The translations under genes and the position numbers were made by a program. Positions 43,391-56,616 of a stretch of DNA of 64,000 bases are shown piece by piece. The notes beneath the pieces were generated by a model, which was not told the origin of the DNA, made no database searches, and saw only the letters and a list, made by a program, of their open reading frames with translations. Source of the stretch: an uncultured Chloroflexia bacterium (lineage in GTDB: Bacteria > Chloroflexota > UBA6077 > JACCZL01); the NCBI GenBank assembly GCA_963765765.1, contig CAVXYC010000015.1, positions 672,001 through 736,000 on the forward strand. Direction: 5' to 3'. How positions within the stretch are numbered: position 1 is the stretch's first letter; each line of letters opens with the position of its first letter.

Positions 43391-44349
43391 TTAGTCGGTC
43401 TGGCTCACGTCGCCCAGAAACCGAAGAGTCCGCTCAACAGAAGACGCTCGATTGTTTCCCGCGCCAACTACTGACAAAAGCACTTCATCAATTCCCGCCG
43501 CTGCGATCGTTCGCAGCCGTCGCTCCACGGCTTGCTCATCGCCAGCCAGGAGGATCGAATCTGCCATCGCAGGGCTCATCTTGCCTTCCGCGGCTTCCGG
43601 AAATCCCGCCTCGATAAACATGTTGCGATAGAAGGGCCTGCTTGGATAGTGAGCGAATTGCGCGAGCCCGGGCATCGCGTGCTTCCGTCAGATCATCGTG
43701 TACACACGCGATGGCGTGCATGACAACCTTCGCCCGCGGATGTCGCCCTGCGCGAGACGAGCCTGATTCGAGCGCGGGAATTGCCACTCGTTCAATGTGC
43801 GGCTGAGGTGAGACCCAGCTGATTCCTCCAGTCAGCGCATTCACCAGCCAGCTCGAATGCGTGCTGACGAAGCGCTGAGATCATAATGTCGAGCCGGACG
43901 GCCTCTCCCCAGTCCGCCTCAACTCGGAAGTATCTCCCTTCGTGCTTTATCGGACCTCCGCGGTGGAGTGCCGCGTCCAGCAGCTCGACATATTCGCGCA
44001 TATAGCGAAGCGGCGATTCAAATGTCAGGCCCCAGGAGCTTTCAACCGACTCCTTGTGACTCGGACCAATCCCGAGCCTGAATCGGCCAGGAGCGAGCTC
44101 CGCCACCACCTTCGCTTCCTGGGCTAGCGCCCATGGATGCCGTGGAAATATGGGGACAATAGACGTCCCGATCTTGATGCGCTCGGTTCGCAGCGCCGCC
44201 CCAACGCAGACGGCTGTTGGGTCTATTCGAACACCGCCGAGCGTCATCCAGGCCGCATCTATGCCAAGCTGCTCCGCATGAACGAATGCATCGATCGCCT
44301 CGCTCGATTCGCCCTGGGTAACCTGAATACCGATGGTCAAATTCTGCAT
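43391..44349 (-). CDS. LLM class flavin/F420-dependent oxidoreductase (two frameshifts)
   Basis: AEQLGIDAAW, TERIKIGTSIVPIFPRHP, GRFRLGIGPSH, AGIDE. Confidence 0.9.
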
Positions 44350-44448
44350 GATAATCCTGTACAAGAAGCTGCGCTGGCGACGATTGTACTGAAGCCAGGC
44401 ACCTGGCATGCGTTTGTAAAACCACGTCAGGTAAGCTGGAGTAAGGAC

Positions 44449-44778
44449 ATGGACACACGAAACAGCATTGACGTTTCACTGGCTGTGCCAGTGGCCCCAG
44501 GTACTCGTCCGGCAAGTGAGTCGGACGAGCAGATTAACGTAGATGCTCTACGGCCGCGATCGGTGGTGCTACACAATGACGATGTCAATGAGATGACGCA
44601 CGTGGTGCAGTCTCTCCGTAGGTCCGTACCATCGCTCAGCACTCAGCAGGCGATCAACATCATGATGGAAGCCCACCAGAAGGGGAAAGCGGTTGTGATC
44701 CGTTGCCCGCTCGAGGAAGCTGAGCTCTACCGTGATCGCCTCGAATCGTGCGGGCTCACCGCGACGATCGAAAGCTAG
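44449..44778 (+). CDS. clpS: ATP-dependent Clp protease adaptor ClpS
   Basis: VVLHNDDVNEM.HVV, IMMEAHQKGKAVV, GLTATIE. Confidence 0.92.
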   Translation: MDTRNSIDVSLAVPVAPGTRPASESDEQINVDALRPRSVVLHNDDVNEMTHVVQSLRRSVPSLSTQQAINIMMEAHQKGKAVVIRCPLEEAELYRDRLESCGLTATIES

Positions 44779-44788
44779 CTCACGGGTC

Positions 44789-46015
44789 CTAAAGGATGCC
44801 CTGAGCCTTCAGCTCGTCGATCTCGGCATGTTGCAGCTGCATGAGACCGCCCCAGATCTCCGCGTTGTGCTCGCCAAACCCGGGACTGCCGCTATCGACG
44901 CGGCCGGGGGTCGTCTCGAGCTTCGGAACGACGCCCTGCATGCGAATCTCTTCGCCAATTTGCTTGTCTAGCACCGAAACGATCATGTCGCGAGCGGCGT
45001 AGTGTGGATCCGTGGCAATGTCTGCGGCGGTGAAAATCCGATTTGCGGGAATGCCGGCGCCATCAAGCTTTGCCAGGAGTGCCTCAACATCGAGCGTGGC
45101 TGTCCATGCTGAGATCAGGTTATCCAGGAGCTCCTGGTGTTGACCCCGTGCCACGTGAGAGTGAAATCTCTCATCCGTCTTCCAGGCCGGCTGACCCATA
45201 AGATCGCACAGGCGTCCGAACACCAGGTCCTGGTTCGCGCCCATGACGATCCATTCGCCGCCTCGGGTGGGATACACATTCGACGGGGCAATCCCTGGGA
45301 GCACTGGACCCACTGGCTGCCGCACTCGACCGAGCTTTTCGAACTCTGGCAGGATGTCCTCGAGCTGGGTCCAGATTGCCTCGTACATGCCCACGTCGAC
45401 TAACTGACCTCTACCCGTGCCACCGGCAGCGTCTCGCGCGTAGAGTGCCAGCATGGCTCCAATGACGCCGAACGTGCCAGCTAACGTGTCGCCCAGGGCT
45501 ACTCCGCTACGAACCGGACGTCGACCCGGTTCGCCGGTGAGGAAGCGAAGCCCGCTCACGGCCTCCCCGATGGCGCCGAAACCGGCTTTGTCTCTATATG
45601 GCCCCGTCTGCCCGTAGCCCGTTACCCGGACCATCACCAGGCGCGGGTTGACTTCCTGGAGCACGTCCCAGCCCAGCCCCCATTCCTCGAGCGTGCCTGG
45701 CCGGAAGTTCTCCACCAGCACATCGCTGCGGCGAATGAGGTCCTTGAACAGCTCCTGGCCTCTCGGTACGCGGAGATTGAGCGTGGCAGCTTTCTTACCG
45801 CGTGCAAGAATTGGCCAGTAGAGCCCGACGCCTTTGTACAAGGCGCCCCAAGTACGTATTGGATCGGGGCGGTCCGGTGCCTCGAGCTTGATGACCTCCG
45901 CGCCGAAATCGGCGAGCAGGTGGCCGGTGAATGGGCCCGCGATCATCTGTCCCGCTTCTATTACCCGTACACGATCGAGCGGGCGCTTCGCTGGCTGCTT
46001 GGTTGAATCTGGCAT
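44789..46015 (-). CDS. Class III CoA transferase (CaiB/BaiF)
   Basis: IAGPF...LADFGAEVIKLE, DVLVENFRPG, GYGQTGPY, GEHN. Confidence 0.95.
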   Translation of the reverse strand: MPDSTKQPAKRPLDRVRVIEAGQMIAGPFTGHLLADFGAEVIKLEAPDRPDPIRTWGALYKGVGLYWPILARGKKAATLNLRVPRGQELFKDLIRRSDVLVENFRPGTLEEWGLGWDVLQEVNPRLVMVRVTGYGQTGPYRDKAGFGAIGEAVSGLRFLTGEPGRRPVRSGVALGDTLAGTFGVIGAMLALYARDAAGGTGRGQLVDVGMYEAIWTQLEDILPEFEKLGRVRQPVGPVLPGIAPSNVYPTRGGEWIVMGANQDLVFGRLCDLMGQPAWKTDERFHSHVARGQHQELLDNLISAWTATLDVEALLAKLDGAGIPANRIFTAADIATDPHYAARDMIVSVLDKQIGEEIRMQGVVPKLETTPGRVDSGSPGFGEHNAEIWGGLMQLQHAEIDELKAQGIL

Positions 46016-46057
46016 GAGTGTGAACGGGCCGATGCTATCAGGTACAGCCCCGGTGAG

Positions 46058-46166
46058 GCGAAGCGCGTTAGGGTGCGGCGAGGATCGCCGCTTTCTCGGC
46101 ATCCCATTCGGAGCCGAGGAGAACTAGAGTGCGGCGAGGCTTGTCGCATTCTAGAGCGCTTCACGC
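46058..46166. repeat. Degenerate second copy of the REP-like doublet seen at 6855-6965
   Basis: GCGAAGCGCGTTAGGGTGCGGCGAGGATCGCCGCTTT resembles the 6855 arm; inverted partner GCGGCGAGGCTTGTCGCATTCTAGAGCGCTTCACGC. Confidence 0.65.
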
Positions 46167-46170
46167 TACT

Positions 46171-47304
46171 CTAGCCCCAGATTCGCCGTGCAGCCTCAAC
46201 GACGAGCTCCAGCTTGCGGCGCTGTTCGTCCCAGGTGAGCAGATTGCCCGGGGCGGTGGAGGCGAAGCCGCACTGTGGTGAGATCGCCAGTCGCTCCAGC
46301 GGTACGTAGCGGGTTGCCTCATCCACTCGACGCTTGAGAAGGTCAATTGATTCCAGCGCCGGCTCCTTGGAGCTGATCAACCCCAACACAACCATCTTGT
46401 CCTCAGGTACGAAACGGAGTGGCTCGAAGCCGCCGGCGCGATCCGTGTCGTATTCCAGAAGGAAGCGATCCACATTGAGGCGGTTGAAGGCCTTCTCAGC
46501 GATGGGCTCGTAGCTGCCCTCTGCGTGCCAGGCGCTCCGATTGTTGCCGCGGCACATATGGAGGCCGACGGTCACTCGCGACCGATCGACAGCATCGAGC
46601 ACGCGATTATCGGTGTCGATCAGCGCGTCGAGGTAGGCATCGGGATCTTCTCCCGCGGCGACCATCTGGGCCCTGATTGTGGGATACGCGATGCGCTCGA
46701 CGTAATGAAGCGAATCGAGCTGAATGTAAGCGACACCTTCATTCTGGAGCGCGCGGATCTCATCCTGTTCGACGGTCGCGACATCATCAGCCAGGGCGTG
46801 GACGGATGGATAAACTTGATCCGTGATGCCGGGTGTGAAGATCTGGCCTGCTACGGACAGTGGTCCCGGCATGGTGATTTTCCACGGTCCCAGGGCGTGG
46901 GTGCTCAGGAACGCTGCATCTCGCTCCGTAAGCCGATGCCTGAGCTTGAGCTTGGCCCCAAGCGCCACCGATCGATTAGCAGCCATTGTCTGGGTGGCGA
47001 GCTCGCCATGGGGTCCTTGCCATGCTGCCAGGATCCGGCGAATAGGGTTCTCGCCAACGGGGACCATCCCTTCGGCCGTATCGCGAATGGCCATGCTCCA
47101 GCCGGATCGTCGGTACTCACCATCGCTGAGGATGGATATTCCGACCTCCCGTTGCATTTCAAGAGCACGGTTGATCGATGCGTCTTCGATCTCATGAAGC
47201 TGGGTCTCGGAGATCCGTCCTTCGGTGGAGTCCGTCCGAGCTTGTAACAGCTCAGGTGGGCGAAGCAGGCTGCCAACGTGATCGGACCGAAAAGTCTCTG
47301 GCAT
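46171..47304 (-). CDS. Cobalamin-independent methionine synthase II family protein (catalytic barrel only)
   Basis: DHVGSLLRP, DGEYRR, HMCRGN, FLLEYD, SPQCGFAS zinc ligands. Confidence 0.93.
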   Translation of the reverse strand: MPETFRSDHVGSLLRPPELLQARTDSTEGRISETQLHEIEDASINRALEMQREVGISILSDGEYRRSGWSMAIRDTAEGMVPVGENPIRRILAAWQGPHGELATQTMAANRSVALGAKLKLRHRLTERDAAFLSTHALGPWKITMPGPLSVAGQIFTPGITDQVYPSVHALADDVATVEQDEIRALQNEGVAYIQLDSLHYVERIAYPTIRAQMVAAGEDPDAYLDALIDTDNRVLDAVDRSRVTVGLHMCRGNNRSAWHAEGSYEPIAEKAFNRLNVDRFLLEYDTDRAGGFEPLRFVPEDKMVVLGLISSKEPALESIDLLKRRVDEATRYVPLERLAISPQCGFASTAPGNLLTWDEQRRKLELVVEAARRIWG

Positions 47305-47444
47305 GGACGACTCCTATCTGCCTCGAGTGTCTGCGATTCCTGACTCTAGCTACGTTGATTTGGAGATGGGTGTGTGAAGTACCGTTCTCGATTCTAGCGG
47401 ACGAGTTTCGTGGCGATCTCAGCCATCAGGACATTCCGGGCCGT

Positions 47445-47480
47445 AAAAGAAAGAAGCCCCGAGTCGAATCTCGGGGCTTC
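47445..47480 (-). terminator. Rho-independent terminator after groEL copy 2
   Basis: GAAGCCCCGAG-N6-CTCGGGGCTTC followed by TTTCTTTT on the minus strand. Confidence 0.85.
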
Positions 47481-47503
47481 AGAAGCGATTGAGATCGCTT
47501 CGG

Positions 47504-49171
<1,668 letters not shown>

Positions 49172-49471
49172 TTAGTCTTGAAGAATTGCGAGAATATCGC
49201 GCTCATTGAGAATGAGCAGATCTGCGTCTTCCATCTTGAACTCAGTGCCGGAATACTTGGCGAAAATGATTTTGTCGCCGACGGTCACATCGAGCGAGAC
49301 GCGATCACCACTGTCGAGCATGCGGCCTGGACCCACTGCCACCACTTCGCCCTGTTGGGGCTTTTCCTTGGCGGTGTCCGGCAGCACGATTCCGCTCTTG
49401 GTCACTTCGTCTCGATCTAGCGGCTTCACCACCACGCGGTCGCCAAGTGGTTTGAGGCCGAGATTTGCCAT
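49172..49471 (-). CDS. groS: Co-chaperonin GroES (copy 2)
   Basis: [28 protein letters not shown]; AGGAGG SD. Confidence 0.99.
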   Translation of the reverse strand: MANLGLKPLGDRVVVKPLDRDEVTKSGIVLPDTAKEKPQQGEVVAVGPGRMLDSGDRVSLDVTVGDKIIFAKYSGTEFKMEDADLLILNERDILAILQD

Positions 49472-49531
49472 ATGCGGTCCTCCTGAAAAATGGACGGAGG
49501 CGCGCACAAACAGGCTCCTCCGCGAACTATC

Positions 49532-49558
49532 TTAGCAGTCGCCCTCGTCGACTGCTAA
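49532..49558. promoter_or_regulatory. CIRCE element variant (HrcA operator)
   Basis: TTAGCAGTC-N9-GACTGCTAA, 60 nt upstream of groES copy 2; the canonical form is TTAGCACTC-N9-GAGTGCTAA. Confidence 0.88.
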
Positions 49559-49590
49559 GGGGATTTAGGCCACCCGGCGTAAGAGTTGTA

Positions 49591-50665
49591 TTAGAAGTAA
49601 TGAGAGTCTGCGCTAAAGCAGTCGCGACTCAGGAAAAGGGCCCAACTAGGCCGCGCGACGTGCCGAACGGAAGGACTATCAATCGGCCAGCTCGGCGTCG
49701 CGTCGATCGTCAACGGCGCAAAGTCTCCCGCTTGATAATGAAAATGGGCCGCCGCGGCGATCATGGCGCCGTTGTCGGTGCATAGTGAAATTGGCGGGAT
49801 GAGGACCGGAACGGGACTCAGCTCTTGCACTCGATGTCGAAGCGGTCCATTCGCGGCAACACCACCAGCGAGAGCGATCTGCTGAGCTCCATGCTCGCGC
49901 GCGGCATTGACCGTCTTCGTCGTTAAGACATCAACAAGGCTTTCCTGAAATGCCGCCGCGAGGTCGGCGACGGGAATGTCAGCGTCTCTGTTGCTCGACA
50001 ATGCGAAGCAACGCCGTTTTCACACCGCTGAAGCTAAAGTCGTAAGAATCGCGAAGCCAAGCGCGGGGGATTGGAAAGCGCTTCGCATTGCCCGATTCTG
50101 CCGCGCGTTGAATCAGCGGTCCGCCAGGGAATCCTAGGCCCAGCATGCGCGCCGCCTTATCGAACGCTTCACCGGCGGCGTCGTCGCGCGTCCGGCCGAG
50201 CCGCTGATACTGACCGTGATCAGTCATGAGAACAAGGTCGCTATGTCCGCCTGAGACAATGAGACATACAAGTGGAAAGCGAGGCTCGGCCTGCTCCACA
50301 AGCCAGTTCGCGTAAACGTGGCCCTCGAGGTGGTTCACCGCTATGAGCGGTAACTGGCGGGCGAAGCTCACGGCCTTGGCCGCGTTGACGCCGATGAGCA
50401 GTGCCCCGGCGAGACCCGGACCACGCGTGACGGCGACTGCGTCCAGATCCGGCCATTCAACGCCTGCTGTACTCATTGCGGAATCGATCACCGGCACCAT
50501 CACGGCAAGGTGAGCCCGGGAGGCGGCTTCTGGAACCACTCCACCGTACTTGGCGTGCATCTCTGTCTGCGTCGCAATGATGTTCGAGCGGAGAGTGCGC
50601 CCGTCTTCAACAACCGCGACGGCTGTCTCGTCGCACGATGTTTCGATGCCCAGAATTCGAGTCAC
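49591..50665 (-). CDS. tsaD: tRNA N6-adenosine threonylcarbamoyltransferase TsaD (frameshift near 49990)
   Basis: [61 protein letters not shown]. Confidence 0.97.
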
Positions 50666-50773
50666 AACCGGAGTATAGCGTCCGGTTTCTCACGCACCTC
50701 GTGGCCAGCTGTTGCTACGTTCAGATACCTTCCGCAATACTGCCACCCTCGCCCTATTTGACCCGGAGGCTCA

Positions 50774-51565
50774 ATGTCAGACCAGGCGGACATACTGGTG
50801 CAGCGCCGCGGAGCGATAGCCACAATCGTGCTGCACCATCCGCGACGCCGTAACGCGATGACCGTCTCCATGTGGGATCGACTGGCAGGGGTTTCGCGCG
50901 AGCTCAATGAAGATCCCGCTGTCTCTGTGATCGTGCTCCGTGGCTCCGGTACGGATGCGTTCAGTGCCGGGGCCGATATTTCGGAATTCGAAGAGCATCG
51001 CTCGTCCCCAGAGAAGGCGCTGGCATACAGCGCGCGCGTTCACCTCGCGCTGGAGGGCCTGGTCAACTCCCCGAAACCTACAATCGCCATGGTGTACGGC
51101 TATTGCGTTGGTGGCGGATGCGAGATCGCGATCGCCATGGATATGCGCTTCGTCGCCGAGGGAGCCACGTTCGGAATCCCGGCCGCGAGGTTGGGAATAA
51201 GCATCACATACGAAGACATCAAGCGTCTGGTCGATCTCGTGGGGCCCGCGAATGCGAGCGAGATCCTTTATACGGGGCGACGGGTCTCAGCAGTGCGAGC
51301 ATTACAGATGGGGATGATCAATCAGGTAGTTCCCGCGGATGAGCTGGAGCAGCTGGTCAGCGAGATTGCGGAAGAGATCGCTAGCGCGGCTCCCACCTCC
51401 GTTCATTGGTCCAAGCAGGGCATCAAGCACGTTCTCCGCGATCCCTCGCTAGCGACCGCTCCTGATCGAGAGTCGCAGGCGGCGCAAGCGTTCGGGACGG
51501 ATGACTTCATCGAGGGCGTGCGAGCATTCATGGAAAAGCGCCCACCGCGTTTCACCAGAACGTGA
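50774..51565 (+). CDS. Enoyl-CoA hydratase/isomerase family protein
   Basis: AFSAGADI, GYCVGGGCE, GIPAARLG, EGVRAFMEKR.P.F. Confidence 0.94.
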   Translation: MSDQADILVQRRGAIATIVLHHPRRRNAMTVSMWDRLAGVSRELNEDPAVSVIVLRGSGTDAFSAGADISEFEEHRSSPEKALAYSARVHLALEGLVNSPKPTIAMVYGYCVGGGCEIAIAMDMRFVAEGATFGIPAARLGISITYEDIKRLVDLVGPANASEILYTGRRVSAVRALQMGMINQVVPADELEQLVSEIAEEIASAAPTSVHWSKQGIKHVLRDPSLATAPDRESQAAQAFGTDDFIEGVRAFMEKRPPRFTRT

Positions 51566-51756
51566 AGAAGGACCCATCAGAATTCACGTTCTTGGAAGGG
51601 ACATCGCAGAAGGCCGAAATCGCCTGTGGAGGTTCGACCTGGTGCCTACGGCTGCCTATATGCTCTCCGAGCCTGAGCTGTGGGTGCCGCGTCCCGTCAG
51701 TGATTCACGCGGAAAATGGCACCACGTTGTATTCATCGCTCCCGGTCGGAAGCTGA

Positions 51757-53283
51757 TCAGCCGGGATCGATGCCCGGAATGCTTGCTGGGTCCGCGGGGA
51801 GATCTTCCTCACCAAATACACCAAGCGGCGGGATCGGCGCTCCGATGCGAGCCGATTCGGGGATTTCGCCCGGGAACAGTTTGCCCGGGTTCATAAGGCC
51901 TTTTGGATCCAGCGCATGTTTGATGGACTTCATGACGCCCATGGCGGGACCGTGCTCCATATCCATATACGGCGCGCGGGCCAATCCCACCCCATGCTCG
52001 CCAGTAACCGTGCCGCCCTGCCTTAATGCAAGCTCGTGGAATTCGTTGGCGCACGCCTGTACTCGCCGTATCTCTTCTTCGCTGAAGGGATTGATCAAGA
52101 GCGCCGGGTGGATGCCGCCACCGCCGATGTGGCCATACGTAGCCACGGGCAGCTCGTACTTCCTGGCGATATTGGCAATCTCGCGCAGTGTCTCCGGCAC
52201 TTTGACACTGGGTACACATATGTCCTCACCGATGTACGCCCTAAACGAGTTGGGACGCAGCATGCCGGCCGCGGCGCCAACAACGCTTCGTGCTTCCCAC
52301 AATGTATTGATGCGCTTGGGATCGTCGGCCCACTCTGTTGCCGTGGCTAGGTGGGCCACAGCATCGCAGATATCCTGCGCGTCTTTGACAACCGCGTCAT
52401 GGTTGCCGTCGACCTCGAAAAGCAACATCGCTTCGACCTCGGGCAGATTCATCCCTGGTCGGTAGAGGTTCACCGCACGAAGCGTGTTCTGATCGAGAAT
52501 CTCTGTGGCGGCCGGCATGATACCTGCCTGAAATGTAGCCACCACCGCCTCACCGGCATTCTCGAGACGATCGAAGAGTGCCAGCACGATCGCGCGTGAC
52601 TTCGGCAGTGGCATGATCTTAAGCCGCAGTTTGGTGATGATTCCCAGAAGCCCTTCGGCGCCCACAAAGAGCTTGGTGAGCTCCATGCCAGACGACGATT
52701 GTCGCGCCTTGGAGTTCATGGACCCAGTTGTAATCGTCTCCCCGGTCGGGAGCACTACATCCAGCCCTAGCACCCAGTGCGATGTAGGCCCGTACTTCAT
52801 TGCGCGCATGCCATGGGCATTGGTGGAAGCCATCCCTCCAACCGTGCACATGCGGGCGGATCCCGGGTCGGGCGGGAAGCTCAGCTTCTGCTTCGCGAGC
52901 TCAGCTTGAAGTCGCGAGCAGATGACGCCGGGCTCGGTCATGACCTGAAGATTGGGGCCGTCGATCTCCAGAATGCTGTTCATCGCGTTCATTGCGATGA
53001 CAATACCTCCGTGGACCGGAATAACCCCGCCCATCTGTCCCGATGCCGCGCCGCGAGCCGTAACCGGAATATCGTTCTCGTAGGCATATTTCACCGTTCG
53101 AGCGACATCCTCGGCGCATCGCGCAACCACCGCGACATCAGGAGATTTCGCGTGGAGGTGCGAATAAAATGAGGCGTCATAGGAGAAGTTCAGGAGCTCC
53201 GATTTCGCCTCGAACACCTGACTCTTTTCAAGCTGCGCACGTAGGTCCTGAGCAACTCGACTGGCATCGATAGTTGTGTTCAT
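51757..53283 (-). CDS. FAD-linked oxidase, GlcD / D-lactate dehydrogenase-like
   Basis: FPPDPGS, GGMASTNA.G...KYG, GAEG.LGIIT, GTVTGEHGVG, LDPKGLMNPGK. Confidence 0.93.
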   Translation of the reverse strand: MNTTIDASRVAQDLRAQLEKSQVFEAKSELLNFSYDASFYSHLHAKSPDVAVVARCAEDVARTVKYAYENDIPVTARGAASGQMGGVIPVHGGIVIAMNAMNSILEIDGPNLQVMTEPGVICSRLQAELAKQKLSFPPDPGSARMCTVGGMASTNAHGMRAMKYGPTSHWVLGLDVVLPTGETITTGSMNSKARQSSSGMELTKLFVGAEGLLGIITKLRLKIMPLPKSRAIVLALFDRLENAGEAVVATFQAGIMPAATEILDQNTLRAVNLYRPGMNLPEVEAMLLFEVDGNHDAVVKDAQDICDAVAHLATATEWADDPKRINTLWEARSVVGAAAGMLRPNSFRAYIGEDICVPSVKVPETLREIANIARKYELPVATYGHIGGGGIHPALLINPFSEEEIRRVQACANEFHELALRQGGTVTGEHGVGLARAPYMDMEHGPAMGVMKSIKHALDPKGLMNPGKLFPGEIPESARIGAPIPPLGVFGEEDLPADPASIPGIDPG

Positions 53284-53417
53284 AAAGCTAAGGATACGGC
53301 CGATCATCGTAAGTGAGCCAAGCGCGCTCATAGCTCGTTTTCAAAGTGATGAATGCTGTGGATAGAACTCTTAATCGGGAGACGAAGACCATGGGCGGCT
53401 GGGGCTGGGGAAAATCG

Positions 53418-54353
53418 ATGCGCGGATTGACGGTCTGGACCGTTATGGCAGTTATCGCGAGTGCACTGAGCCTTCAGTTTGCGGTTCCCACCGCTCTGGC
53501 GCTCGATGCTGGCGCCTGGTTGCAAAACCACCGCGTGACAACGCTCTGGTCTGCGCCGGAGGAAGACGCCGAGGCCTACGGTACCCTGCGCCAGTTCAGC
53601 TACGTTCAGTCCGCCCGAAGTCCCGAGGGCGAACGGGTGTACGTATTCAACCCGCGCACCCAAAACTTCGCATACGTGGATCTCAAAGACTTTGGCCCCA
53701 GCGATGCGCCGCCGGCGAACTACTTTTCGCAGCCCTCAGAAAAGAAGGTTCTCAACATCCCCGCGCGCGTCGCGGGGCGAAGTCTCCTTCATGATGAGCC
53801 AAGCCAGGCAGAGGGGACGCCTACCTGGCCGCTGGACAACAACCACGCTGTCACCTTAGACGCTGAGGTCGTTGGGGACGACGGAGCTTCCTGGTATCGG
53901 CTGGAAGAGGGTGGCTATCTTAAAGAAGAAGATGTACGTGTCCCACGTGCCGTGAATCAGCGCCCCGGTAAATGGATCGATGCCGATCTTCGCCAGCCGG
54001 CACTTGTCACCGCCTATCAAAACGGAAAACCCGTCTACACCGCCATGGCGATTACGGGAACAGCTACGTGGCCCACGCCGGTCGGTGAATACGTCATCGG
54101 GCGACGCGTGGCGAATGAAACGATGAGCAGCGATACCATCGGCATCCCACGCAACAGTCCTGGCGGCTACCATCTAACAAATGTGCTCTTCACCCAGTAC
54201 TTCACCGGGTCTGGCCACTCGATTCATTACAACTATTGGGCAGGAAACTTCGGCTACTCGGGAAGTCACGGTTGTCTGGGGATGAACCTAGAGGACTCGC
54301 AATTCTTCTGGAATTGGGCCACGGTAGGTACGCCCCTGTCCATTCATTACTAG
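53418..54353 (+). CDS. Secreted L,D-transpeptidase (YkuD domain)
   Basis: Signal peptide; TP.G.Y, IHYNYW......SHGC catalytic motif; start uncertain. Confidence 0.9.
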   Translation: MRGLTVWTVMAVIASALSLQFAVPTALALDAGAWLQNHRVTTLWSAPEEDAEAYGTLRQFSYVQSARSPEGERVYVFNPRTQNFAYVDLKDFGPSDAPPANYFSQPSEKKVLNIPARVAGRSLLHDEPSQAEGTPTWPLDNNHAVTLDAEVVGDDGASWYRLEEGGYLKEEDVRVPRAVNQRPGKWIDADLRQPALVTAYQNGKPVYTAMAITGTATWPTPVGEYVIGRRVANETMSSDTIGIPRNSPGGYHLTNVLFTQYFTGSGHSIHYNYWAGNFGYSGSHGCLGMNLEDSQFFWNWATVGTPLSIHY

Positions 54354-54359
54354 TCGCGA

Positions 54360-54620
54360 GTGGAGGTGTCCGTGGGTAGTGACCAACGCCCACGGATATC
54401 GATTGTCACTCCGTCCCTCGATCAAGCGCGCAAGGGCGTGCCGGGCGATTTTGTGAGCACGCTGTTCGAGTGGCTTGGGTGGGCGGTGAAACGCTCGTCG
54501 AGACCGGGTGCGTCATGCCAATTCCACGCCGTTGCCCACCTGGTGGCCCAATTTGCCTCGAGGATTCACCGAGTAAGAGATTTCCGCTCGCGATCCCAGC
54601 ACGTCTATTCGGTGCCTTAG
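54360..54620 (+). pseudogene. Glycosyltransferase gene remnant
   Basis: Begins PRISIVTPSLDQA (GT2 N-terminus), then loses similarity after about 20 codons. Confidence 0.45.
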
Positions 54621-54624
54621 AATC

Positions 54625-56616
54625 ATGTCAATCATGTTGCAGGCGAGCGAAACGACGGATCGTGGGTACGACGTCATCGTTGTAGGAGCGGGCCATGCCG
54701 GTTGCGAGGCGGCCGTCGCCGCGGCGCGGATGGGTTTCCGGACGCTATTGGTCACCATGCAGCTTGACCACGTGGCGCTCATGCCTTGCAACCCGTCTGT
54801 GGGCGGCCCTGCCAAGGGCCATCTCGTGCGCGAGATCGATGCGCTGGGCGGCGTGATGGGTGAGATCACGGACGCCACGTTCATTCAGATTCGGATGCTC
54901 AACACCAGCAAAGGTCCCGCGGTGCGCGCATTGCGGGCCCAGTCTGACAAGCGGCGCTACGGACAAGCCATGCGTAGCTTGATTGAATCAGAGCCGCGCC
55001 TGGACTTGCTGGAGTCGATGGTGGACGACGTGCTCGTCACCGAGGCAGCCGGGCACAGGCGGCACGAGTCTATCGGGGAGCAACGCTGGGCGGTGAACGG
55101 CGTTCGGCTCGGGTCCGGGCGAGACGATCCGGGCGCCCGTGGTGATATTGACCACCGGGACCTCGCTGCGAGGAACCGTCCATGTGGGGGATGTGGCGAC
55201 CACTGCTGGACGGTCGGGAGAAGCCGCATCTCTGGAGCTGCCGCGGTCTCTGGATCAGCTCGGCTTCCGTCTAGGAAGGCTCAAGACTGGTACGCCGCCT
55301 CGCGTGCGGGCACGAACGATTGACTACGAGCGAACGTCGCTACAGCCGGGTAGCACTTCTGCCCTTGCACTTCAGTTACTGGAGCACAAGCGACGTTGAT
55401 CGCCAACCATTCCCTGATGCCTTGCCGGAGTACCCGGGTGTAGTGCGCGATGGGTGGCGTCCCACGATGCCGACGTATCTCGTCGCCACGAATGAGGAGA
55501 CTCACCGGATCATTCGAGCCAATCTCGATCGTGCGCCGATGTACAACGGGCAGATCGAGAGCAATGGCCCTCGCTACTGTCCGTCCATCGAGACAAAGAT
55601 CGTGCGCTTCGCGGACCGCACCTCGCATCAGATATTCCTGGAGCCGGAGGGCTGGGATACAGAGGAGGTCTACGTCCAGGGCATGAGCACCAGCCTGCCC
55701 GTGGAGGTGCAGGATGCCATGCTCCGGACCATCCCGGCCCTCGAGGACTGCGACATGATTCGCCCTGGCTATGCGATTGAGTACGACTTCCTGTTGCCCG
55801 GTCAGATCACGCCGTGGTTGGAAACGAGAAGTGTCAGCGGACTCTTCGCCGCGGGGCAGATCAATGGCACGACCGGATACGAGGAGGCCGCCGGGCAGGG
55901 CATCATCGCGGGGATCAATGCCGCGCTCTTCTTACGGGAGGAGCTTCCCTATGTACCTCGTCGCGACGAAGGCTATCTTGGCGTCATGCTGGATGATCTC
56001 ACCACTCAGCATCTGACCGAGCCTTACCGCATGTTCACGTCACGCGCGGAGTATCGACTACTTCTGCGCCATGACAACGCTGACGCGCGACTCAGCGCCT
56101 TCGGTCACCAGATCGGCTTGCTGAACGGCAGCTCGTTGGGAGAGCGTGCAGGCCCGAGCCAGTGCCATCGCGCGAGACGCATCAGACGTTGACTCGAACG
56201 ATGGTCGTTCCTGGAGGGAAAGTCGAGAGTCGCCTGACGAATAGTGAGCTGCCGCCAGTGAACCGTCCCACGCGAGGCATCGATTACTTACGACGTCCCG
56301 ACGTAAATGCTCAGGCAGTGCCGCTCATCCTCGATACGGAAGGTGAATGCGATGTCGCGGAGCGGGTTGAGATCGCGGCGAAATACGACGGTTATCTTGA
56401 CCGACAGCTTGCCGAGGCTGAACGGTTGCGTCGGCTGGAGGATCATAGCCTCCCCGCCGATATGGATTACGCAATCGGTTCCCGGCCTTCGCGCCGAAGC
56501 ACGCCTGAGGCTCTCGGAGCTGCGTCCCACAACGGTCGGTCAGGCATCCAGGATCTTTGGGGTCACGCCGGTCTGACGTCGGGATTCTTCTCGTTCAGGT
56601 CCGGGGTCGCGCCTAG
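54625..56616 (+). CDS. mnmG: tRNA uridine-5-carboxymethylaminomethyl synthesis enzyme MnmG (several frameshifts)
   Basis: [74 protein letters not shown]. Confidence 0.97.

Noticed and set aside
47395-47435. Hammerhead-like CTGATG...GAAAC on the minus strand
   Set aside because: The conserved A of CUGANGA is missing and stems I and III cannot be formed.
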